64,000 nucleotides of DNA, taken from positions 1,550,001 through 1,614,000 of the forward strand of contig NC_134031.1 of NCBI RefSeq assembly GCF_964204645.1, in the 5' to 3' direction. How positions within the stretch are numbered: position 1 is the stretch's first letter; every line of letters starts with the position of its first letter. The notes under the pieces were generated by a model. That model was not told the DNA's origin. It saw only the letters and a program-made list of their open reading frames with translations, and ran no database searches. This DNA comes from Tubulanus polymorphus. Lineage: Eukaryota; Animalia; Nemertea. The position numbers and the translations under genes were made by a program. This document shows, in pieces, positions 55,201-64,000 of this stretch.

Positions 55201-58200
55201 TTTTAATGTCGTTAATCACGGAAGGTCCTTTCATGTCACGAGCAGGCCGACCGGCCGACAGGCGTGGCGACGACCCTGGATGACGATGTTTACAGCCTAT
55301 AAGCCTGTGTTTGAAAAAATTCTCATATAAGCAGCAGATGTTTGAATGCAGTGACGATGAGCCACACACACACACACACACGCAACGTGATCCATCGTTC
55401 ATTTTCAGAGATATCACTCGGTTTTCTATAATGAATATCTTTAAGATTCATAAAGCCCCGGAACGGTAATAACTCAACGATAGTTTATTTGATTTATGTA
55501 GCGTTTTGCATCCGGAGAAAATTGAGTGAAAAACCCATGAATGAATAAAACGTGTATATGAATTTCTATATTGTAAATGTATCGGGAGTATTGGGTGTAT
55601 CGGGAGTATTGGGAGTATTGGCTGATATGAATTCCAGTACTATAATGGTAATGATAATAATTTATTTTCTTATATAGCGCTGTACTAATGGAATTTAATC
55701 AAGGTGCTTAGAGCCTAGCGCACATCGACACTGCGATTGGAGACAACTAGTTGCTACCGAACAATTACCCCGCGCACATCGAAATCTAGTTACAACCGGT
55801 CAGTTGCAGCAACTGCTTGGCGCGTGTCGATCGTCGAGATCCAGAGCGCGCACATCGATGGATATGACTGCGATTGAGTACAACCAGTTGCTCAAAAGTA
55901 GAACATGGGCAACTGGCTGGAACTGGAGATAGATCGACACTTACCAATTGTAAGCTCGCTCACATCGACACATTCAAGCAACTGATCGTATCCAGCCAGT
56001 TCCTCTCATGCGCAGAAAACTGCCTTGCAACTAGTTGTCTCCAATCGCAGTGTCGATGTGCACTAGGCTTTACAAACCATAAATACATAAGAATCATTTA
56101 GATACAATAAAACGTTAAGAAGTGAGTACTGATAGTGCCGAAGTGTTGGTTGAAAATTTGAGGATATTTGTATAATCCAAAGCGACATCAGAGAGAATTT
56201 TTGAGGTGTCTTCAAACCCAGCTACAAGGAGCAGTTCTCATGTCAATCTGCTGAACCATGTTCCTTAGTTGATTGATTTTGACTAGAATAAAATTTAGTT
56301 CATTTCCCAAACGGTTAGATAGTTACAGTAAATATGGCACAACTCAGCAGTCGTGGTCAATTGAGTTACCGTCTGACATAAATCAATAAAATTAGTTATA
56401 ATTTTCAATGTATTCGTGTTACACGATTAAAAAGATCAATTCAATCCATTGATAATCGACTTATTTAATAAATTCCCTTCAGCAGCCTCACAGCTGTTGC
56501 TTTATTTTGAGAGAAACAATGAAAGACTGCGGGCATTTTCACATCGATATCTCGATATATTTCATTCTACCCTCTCAGTTGTCGATATGTACGTCTGCTT
56601 CAGAATGTCGTGAAGTGTAATCGAACAAATCTTTCATTTTCAGCCTTCTAATCGAATACAAAAAACAATTGCTCTTTATTATACTGAGTGTAATCTGCCT
56701 CTTGTAATCTCTCTAATACTGATTACCTCTTCAAACGGATATATAATACATGTATATTAGAAATTCTGTTGAGAGATTCATCTCACTGATGTGAATTGGT
56801 ATCAAATTAGTTCATTTTCAATTAATTCTTTAAATCTTTACCAGCAACTGTGGTCATGAAGTCCTTGAATTCAAGTCGTCCTACAGTTCACGCTTCTATC
56901 ATCTGTAAATCTATGTTTAGTTTGTTGTACTATCATCTGTAGTTTTCAGCATCTTCTGCGGCTCATGGTGACAAATAATCATTTCATTGTTCATCGTAGA
57001 AATTTTTTCATCAATTTTTCCAGGAATACGAAATGTGAATTGGCGAAAGTTCTGAATCGCGAAGCGTGCTACAAACAAGTTCTACAAAAACGTGATGCAG
57101 CGATTATGGATCTGGATGAAAAACTGGAACGTTTGGAGCATCTGGAACACTCCGATAATAACAATAAGTAAGAATTCAGTTGTCGGTTTAGATTTGACTG
57201 CGGAGAATTCAATGATTGAAAATGAACTAATTTCGAATCCACCACACGGACATTTAACCCAAAATTGGGTCCAAAATCTTAGTTGCTTGATGTGAGAGTG
57301 CTTGTAGTGTGAATATTACTTAACCATGTATGGTATAATGAACGTTTTTGTAATTCAGGGACCCTTTTACAAGGTTAGATTAGACCATATCAATTCTAGA
57401 GATTTGGCTCAGATTTGTTCAGTCAAAATTAGTTAATTTTCACTTATTCAATTCTTGCCTTAGTCTTGTTCATAGGCCTACTGGTAGCAGTTACTCAAAA
57501 GGGTTCAACTTGATTGCTTAAGTGCTTAGTCTTATGTTTAACCCCAGTCAGGCTCCCGGTACGGACAATATCCCAAACCTTGGAGATTCTAACAGTTATA
57601 AGTTGTTTTCTAGGTCGATTTCAGATCTCAGTTTCTCATTTTCATCGTAAGTAGAATAATTGAATGGGCAAAATAATTTCACCGGACAATCGACAGTGTG
57701 GTTGATGGCCTCAAATGGTTCTTCATGATTCTGACATCTTTCTCATGATTTCTCTCATATCAATAAACTCTTCATTGTATCTACTCTATACTGGAGGTGC
57801 TAGACAGTCAAATAAACTGGGGTTTTTTCTTACCCCAAAAATGTATTTTTGGAACTAAAATTTGCATGATAACAATATTCACTAATGTTCATATACAATT
57901 TACAAGATTAAGTCCATTTGAATGTTACATCAAGTCATTTCCATTCATTTCCACCTCAAAATTTCAGGCAAAAAATTGCATTACATCACATCACTCCTGC
58001 TTTCAGATTTTCATTCAAGCCATTTAGGTCAAGGTCAGTGACCGATTTATCGCCGAAGTCATGGTAAGCCCGTCTGCCTGCCTGAACAAATGGATTCTGG
58101 GATATATGCATATATATACCTATACCTATCATAATGCACGTTATATTATCATCGGTTTGAGTACTTTACTTCTTATAACTCATTATGATATAACTCATTA

Positions 58201-61200
58201 TAATGTAACTCATTATGATATAACTCATTATTTCCTAATTGATCTGAAACCATGTGTTCTTTGTATTATCTATAAATCAGCATATAGCCTATGGAGTATT
58301 TGATTGAAGAGCTCTAAGGGTTTGGTCTCTACTTATACTCTTAAACATGATGGTCGTGTATTGTACATATATGGTACATGTACTAAAACAGGTGTTTCAT
58401 ATTCATTTACTGATTCTTCAGATTGAAAGATAAGTTTCATTCCGGATCCAATTGCGAGTGTATTTTTAGTCGAGACCCTGCATTACAATGAGGGCTTCAT
58501 TTGATTCTGTTCCACAGTTGTGAGTTGACTTTGATTTGTTTGTTAATTAATAATACGTCAGCCCCATTCTGTCTAGCCACGGTCCCGACAAATCGGTAGC
58601 ATGAAAATAATAGGTTATTTTGCAGCTGGTGGATATAAACAAAAAGCGTCTGCTGTAATCTTCTGCGACATCAAACTCGATGACGCATTTTATCACAATC
58701 CTGCACGACATCAAAACAACCTGGATGATCTATTTTATACTTGTTTACACTAAATATGTGCATGTGGAACCGGCCTACTTCTTGATGAAATGTTGAATTT
58801 GTATGTGAACTGGTTTGTTGAACGGGATCCGCACTGGATTCAGTCTCAATTAATTCCTTTCTATTCATACTGCTTCTATTATTACTGTACTTTCTCAACA
58901 GGATAAAGATGTCAAAACAAGTCATGGGTGTGAGAAGAATTCATGGATGAAAATCTGAATCTTAGTCCTTCGCATGAGAAGATTGAATTCAAATATTTGT
59001 CTCTTTATTTTCCTTTAATCAGGGTTTCTGTATTCTAAACACTAAATATCTTTTAACGATATCCCCGGCCTTTTCTATGAATGAACACGATGCCAGTTTT
59101 GCTTCCTCTAATTATCTGTTTATATTTTGCAGGTCGGGTATAAAGACGAACGTCGTTTGTTCTCACACGCAGAAATTAAAGGAACAAGTTCGAGTTTTAC
59201 AAAACCAGAATCGTTTTCTGAACGAAGAGATTAAGAAGATAACGAAGATTCGCCAACAAGAAGTCGTTAAATTCAATGAACAAGACACGTAAGCATAGTA
59301 TGAGATATGTAGCATTGCTATTGTCGTTTAAAAGGACTGTTGTAAACAGGCTGCTTCTGAGTAGGAAAACCTGAAACACTATGGCAGTCAGAAAAATCTT
59401 GGAAAGTTATTAACTCTGTGACACATTTTTGCCACAAACCTGGAAAACTGGGAATTCGGACAATGCTAATGACCACGTGGTTCTTTATCAGTACATGATT
59501 CAATGAAAAATGAATGAATTGTTAGATTTGAAACCTATAAATTTCTCCACTTGACTGCAGATTCGCTCCACTCACCTGTCACTGATTCATCATGAACAAA
59601 TCAGGGATACCTCAGGGAATTTGTAAATGGGCGGAAAATGGCCACCCTAGTAACTGTATTTTCATATCTTATTGTAGGAAAATACACGAACTGCTCGCCA
59701 CCATCGAATGTTGGAAACGAGATTATTTGATGTTGTTACAGTCGAGTATAAGTGTACCATCAGGTGATATACTGGACGGCATGGAAGTGAATCTATTCGG
59801 TGGTAATCGGGTAAGAAGGTCATTCATACTTAAAGCTTTCCAGGAAATTTACATTGCTATACCGTATTGGTTAGCCTTTATATTGATTTCAAATTCCTGG
59901 TATCGTCAATAGCAGATGTATTGACACATTCATGTGTACTTTACCGTATGATATCGAGGATTTCTATAGAACGAATCATCCTGAAATTGCAGGACATTTC
60001 ATTAAGAGCAAATCCATCGTCTGCGTAATCTGTTTAATAGAATCAATCGATATTTCAGCACAAGTATAAAATTCAAGAACTACTCGACGAGGCAAGAAAA
60101 ACAAATCCCACTTTACCAACGTATGAAAGGTACATAAAGCACTGTCGGAATGATAACTCCCGTTGTTGACTCGGTCTAGAGACTTTGCTACAGAACAACC
60201 TCTTTATTCAAAATAGATGATTTATTTATCCTTTTCTGGTCCCTTAAAACAACCAGATTATAGTGTTATAAACCCATACTATTATAGACTAAAAAATGAT
60301 GGTAGAATATTTTCTTATTTCCACCCAGAATATTTAGTGTTTTAATGAACTTTTTAGTTCGATTACAATTGTGCTGATCCGTGTAGGTATTTTAAGGGCC
60401 CCTTAACGCTGAATTATATTTTTTTTATGTTGACAGTTTAACTCATTCTGAAACGCACGTCGATGTTTACGGATTCAAACATTCGTACGATAACGAGGGT
60501 TTAGCGATACACTATATCTGTACACAGTTACACGAACATTACTCTCAAGAGCTGGCATCATTTGAGAAACATCAGATTCAATGGAAGGATTACCTTCGTG
60601 AGAACAAAGATAATATGTATAAAACGGTCAGTGATCGGTGAGTCCTCGCCTTGTAGATCCTGAAGTAGATTCTTTTCTTCAGTTTTATAGATTTTCTTTT
60701 GCAGAAAGAACTACGAACTCTGTGTCGCAACGGAATTCCAGCTCAGTTCCGTGGTGAGGTTTGGTCGTTACTGATTCGACATCAAATATCCGATACTATA
60801 ATACTAAAAGGGCAGCATTACTACGGTAACCTCGTTAACACAATGACCGATTCACAGGTAAAATACATCTCTATAACCCTAACACTGATGGCGTTTAATC
60901 CACTCATGGGTCAATGAGAAAAAAACTGACAGAGCTTTCCATCTTTCAGACTGCAGGACGGTATCGGAAACAAATTGCCCTTGACCTCTTACGAACAATG
61001 CCGTCCAATGTACGTTTCGATTGTATCGATGCAGATGGCGTAAGTGTACAACTCTTCTTTCAAACTGATGGAATTATGAGTTAGGAATTTATTTACACTC
61101 CGACATTCTCCATAATTCATGGTCGATCATGCCGCCTAGTGGGATTCTGAATTACTTTATATCTTACTTCACAGGTACAAAAGATGCAAGAAGTTCTGCA

Positions 61201-61605
61201 GGCATTTTGTGTACACAACAGTAGCCTGGGATATTGCCAGGGTATGAATTTCATAGTAGCCATGTGTCTGCTATTACTGGAACGAGAGGACGCCTTCTGG
61301 TGAGAGAAGTTCCTTTATTTCGCAATAGTTCTCAATTATAGATCATTGGTTGTTGTATTTGATATGTAATTGTGTGTTATATATCTATTCATAGGGCACT
61401 GGCAGCCATGACAGAAAAATACTTCACACCTCATTATTTCGATCATAATTTGATCGGAGCTCAGGCCGATCAGGAGGTGCTGAAAGATTTACTCAAAGAG
61501 AAATTACCGAATCTATATCATCACCTGGATGATCTCGATATTGAAATCTCGACTGTTACGTTGAATTGGTTCTTGGCCGTGTTCTTTGACTCTGTTCCCA
61601 TGCAG
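43267..61605 (+). CDS. TBC1D2B: TBC1 domain family member 2/2B-like Rab-GAP (PH + coiled coil + TBC), 3' end beyond the window; exons 43267-43318, 43703-43880, 44437-44509, 44596-44703, (45291-45320), 48210-48429, 49863-50115, 51470-51577, 57024-57167, 59133-59288, 59678-59810, 60059-60129, 60437-60626, 60705-60857, 60950-61039, 61175-61299, 61395-61605
   Basis: PH domain (LSGYLGFK..KRLWYIFEESRCCLLYYK..PLGSIDI..MMIWLLGLQ), coiled coil QNQNRFLNEEI, and TBC domain with catalytic IALDLLR and GYCQGMNF motifs plus TLNWFLAVF. All junctions are in phase. Confidence 0.88.
44241..44310 (+). pseudogene. tRNA-derived fragment / SINE head
   Basis: TGGTCTACTGGTTAG..CCGGGTTCCATCCCCGG; T-arm intact, anticodon arm degenerate. 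Confidence 0.55.
46220..46705. repeat. Large imperfect foldback (about 490 bp) in a TBC1D2 intron
   Basis: Arms such as AAACAACAGTATTTATAGGGAGAGTGAC / GTCACTCTACCTATAGATACTGTTGTTT pair around a centre at about 46430. Confidence 0.75.
47115..47384. mobile_element. MITE family C copy 1 (TIR AGCCTAGCGCACATCGA, TTA TSD), internally deleted
   Basis: TIRs with TTA..TTA flanks; reverse-complement match to 55712-56069. Confidence 0.85.
51669..51801. repeat. Palindromic MITE-like foldback
   Basis: AACCAACAGTTGATGATTT..AAATCATCAACTGTGGGTT, with inner arms also pairing. Confidence 0.7.
52689..53690 (-). CDS. Class A (rhodopsin-like) orphan GPCR with single-exon CDS, nested antisense in TBC1D2 intron 51578-57023; loosely GPR21/GPR52-like
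   Basis: Seven hydrophobic segments with SN (TM1), NLAIAD (TM2), DRY, FLICWIP and NSAMNSFIY. Likely start is the ATG at 53690, after a 5'-UTR acceptor; the ATG at 53741 is the alternative. Confidence 0.9.
   Translation of the reverse strand: MTDDDPVADVECDGYGLPSCVWNKWYSIPTGFISISIIISNVINLIVLIRTRSLRNNTGFYMINLAIADLMVGLLATSSAFVKSLTGMWPRSPRTNAAVGALTVLLCGVSVFTLVTMSTDRYLAIRFPLRYDRCFTNVRIVAILTTIWVVALVQAVMPLFGVGRYRFFPLIFGSHIDTSQKSSFIIFTIALGTAIIIVVANYAQILRITQRHLRQINTHDKRLTSSWKNYKALKTVTVTILVFLICWIPYWTHEMIAAIRGRNTMDLTRPVYFFIAWLTLTNSAMNSFIYGSTNRAYKRGVRDLVRTVRNLFRCRSDRKRDNIIVINIISANN
53769..53876. mobile_element. MITE family A (about 110 bp, TIR core CCAGTTCCACAGTT, CTG TSD), PIF/Harbinger-like; other copies or fragments at about 24815-24923, 28145-28237, 47995-48102, 50236, 50490, 58510
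   Basis: Terminal inverted repeats, a flanking CTG..CTG duplication and multiple dispersed copies. Confidence 0.8.
54045..54275. repeat. Dispersed foldback family (GATGAAACAC..GTCTGAAATGTTT..GAGCT); related pieces at about 27995-28120 and 50260-50650
   Basis: Shared motifs across the loci and internal inverted symmetry. Confidence 0.55.
55712..56069. mobile_element. MITE family C copy 2 (full length, opposite orientation)
   Basis: TIRs of about 40 bp; highly similar to 47115-47384 on the opposite strand. Confidence 0.85.
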
Positions 61606-61657
61606 GTAAGGGCCACGTTCACCCTCCAGCAAATAATGATAAGAAACCAGATTCCTC

Positions 61658-61775
61658 CTTAAAATCAGTCGTTCCTCTTTAGAATCAGTTGTTCCTCTTT
61701 AAAATCAGTTGTTCCTTTTTAGAATCAGTTGTTCCTCTTTAAAATCACTTGTTCCTCTTTAAAATCTGTCGTTCC
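61658..61775. repeat. 20-bp tandem repeat (AAAATCAGTTGTTCCTCTTT)n
   Basis: About 6 direct units just after the last visible TBC exon. Confidence 0.9.
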
Positions 61776-62328
61776 ACAGCATAAAAATGTACTTTACAAA
61801 GCCAGTCAAATCCTCTCAGAAACATTCCGTTCATGATTTAGTCAGAGATTATTTACCCTATGCCAAGAAGTCGCAATCGTAAACAGAAATCCTAGAAAAC
61901 ATGTTACATATATGTATATTTTAGTATTAGTACTATGAATGTGTTCTTTATTTACACTGATTTACAAAGAATGGAATATTGGGGTAAAATGACGCAATCT
62001 ATTTCACTATTTCTCATATCATAAAATAATATACATGTACATTACATTATAAGACAGTCTATTTATGTATAAAATATGTTACAATGTCCTCAAATCATTC
62101 AACAGGCTTCATATATAAAGTCATCACACACTGAGTCCCTGAGTCGTTGTTTAAACATTTAACTTTTCAAACTTGGTTTAAATGCTGAATTTCTAAAAAA
62201 AAGAAGCTCGATTTTGAAGAACAAAAATTATGAATAACCAGAAGGTTACAAGTATGAGTAGCTCACACTTTCATTGACTCAAACTACTAAAACAGCACAG
62301 TTGAAAATTTTATTTCAAACTATCAGTT

Positions 62329-64000
62329 TTAAAGTTGATGATTTCGTTTGATTTTCATTTCCGAATGTTTAAGTTCGACCCACTCCTCTTTATCGTAGTT
62401 GAACCAAACGATTCCTTTGTTGAAACGTCCGTTGAGATTCGAGTAGTGACAATGTTTATACCACCAGCCCGACGTATAGTGTTTACCGCAGTGCGTGCTG
62501 CTCGCGTCGTTATCGCGATCGAGCGTGCTGAACTGCATGTTCGTCGAGTACGAAAACGCGTCCGTTGCATTACCGTGGTAACCGGTGACGTTTAAGCGGA
62601 ATCCGGATTTTTCATCGTCGACGAAGAAAGAATCGTAGATGGCGTACGTGTAGACATCTTCAACGTCCCATAGACCGATATACAGCATGTATTGATCCTG
62701 CGCCGTTAACCAGTGAAGATATTCATTACCGATCCAGAATTCAGCAGACGGATCTCCGAATCCGAACTTGTATTCGACCCAGTCCTGCGCGAAGTCAACG
62801 GAACCATCAATTCTACGTTGAATATACGTCCAATCATTGGCGTCTTCCAGCTCGCAGTAAGTTTCCACGGAATGTTCGCTGTTTCCCGGTCGAATCAACT
62901 GAGCTCCATTTCTCTTGATTCCAGTTCTTTCTAGTACGTCGGAACAATCTGCAAAAAAAACACATACGAATTTATCAGACTCGAAAGCGATGTGAATTTA
63001 GAACAAACATTGATGAACAATTTGTAGGAACGATGCCCTCTCACCACAATTGACAGATATATGTCAGATATGTCAACAAATGAAGACAGATACAGATGAT
63101 AAGATTACTGAGAGAAACCAGAGATTTTAAAACCAACACCATATTCTATAGAATTAGTTTACTGTAGTTCATTTTCAAATAGATAGATTCATATTTAAAC
63201 TCTGAACTGTTGAACTGAGTCCTGAATATTTTGGCTTCAATTAAAATCAGGTTGGGGTTGAATTTAGCCTTCCTTCAAAGAAAAGCGTAACACCTGTAAA
63301 TGTATGTGTATATATTTTTACGTACCTTTAGGTAAATGCCGTACAAATTTATTCAGTTCGACCTTCGTATCGATGACGTCTGGAAGATGTTTCGTCAGAT
63401 TACGACTCAAATCGATCATCATACCCAACGTGTTTCCCATTTTATTCGTGTTATTCTTCACTTTATCGACGTAGTTTCGTTGATCTTTCTGTTCTCTCGC
63501 CAGACGGCGCACGCGTCCGTCGAATAGCGACATCCGATACGACAGTTTACCCATCGCGGCGTCCTGATCGTTGTCTTTCATTTGTTTTTTACATTCGAAC
63601 AACGACGCGTTCAACACTTTCACCTCGACGTGCGCCAGACGGTTATCGATCGCGAACGCGCGACTTTCGAGCTTTTTAAAATCGGACGAGATCATGTTCT
63701 GTAGCTGTAACGCGAGGTTCGTATGTTGACGTAGTTCGCGTTCGTTCGTCGTCGAAGTCTTATTCAAACTACGTATATTTTCTCTGATCGTTCTGAAATT
63801 AGCGTTGACGGTTTTTTTATCGTGACCGACGACCGCGAAGAGATTCTTTAATTTCTCTTTAACGAACGCGATCGATTGCATTAAACTCTCGATCTGACGT
63901 CTGTTCATCTCGGTGCCGTTCACGTGACCGCTGTTCGCTATGTGCCATTGTTGAAGCGATAGAATCTGCTGCGTTACGTTCAGGAACATCTTCTGCACCG
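62329..64000 (-). CDS. Scabrous-like secreted coiled-coil + fibrinogen C-terminal (FReD) protein, 3' part; exons >64000-63326 and 62948-62329; nested antisense in a TBC1D2 intron
   Basis: Coiled-coil exon splices in phase 1 to LPKDCSDV..WTYIQRRIDGSVDF..EFWIGNE..MQFSTLDRDND..GWWYKHCHYSNLNGRFNKGIVWF..EW. The compact NLNGRxxxGxxWFxxxxxEW tail resembles Drosophila Scabrous as I recall it. Confidence 0.85.

Overview
AT-rich, intron-containing eukaryotic DNA from an invertebrate animal (probably a spiralian; inference). It is not prokaryotic, so most entries in the ORF track are exon fragments or spurious. I reconstructed eight spliced protein-coding genes by hand from GT-AG sites and reading phase. 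In order: a SKAP-like Pro/Tyr-rich adaptor (-, runs off the left edge), MIIP (-), XXYLT1 (+), proteasome beta1/PSMB6 (-), Mi-2/CHD3-4-5 (-, about 32 exons) and TBC1D2/2B PH+Rab-GAP (+, runs off the right edge). Two further genes are nested antisense in TBC1D2 introns: an orphan class A GPCR and a scabrous-like fibrinogen-domain gene. The most notable non-coding signal is a four-hairpin tandem H/ACA RNA cluster in a CHD intron (24261-24558, -). Its 3' unit has pockets complementary to U2 snRNA around U7 and to U5 loop I around U43. The same gene has a U12-type minor intron. Introns carry several MITE families (CWG-, TTA-, TA- and 5-bp-TSD types), foldbacks, tRNA-derived fragments and minisatellites. 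Gene identities come from remembered family motifs, not from database searches.
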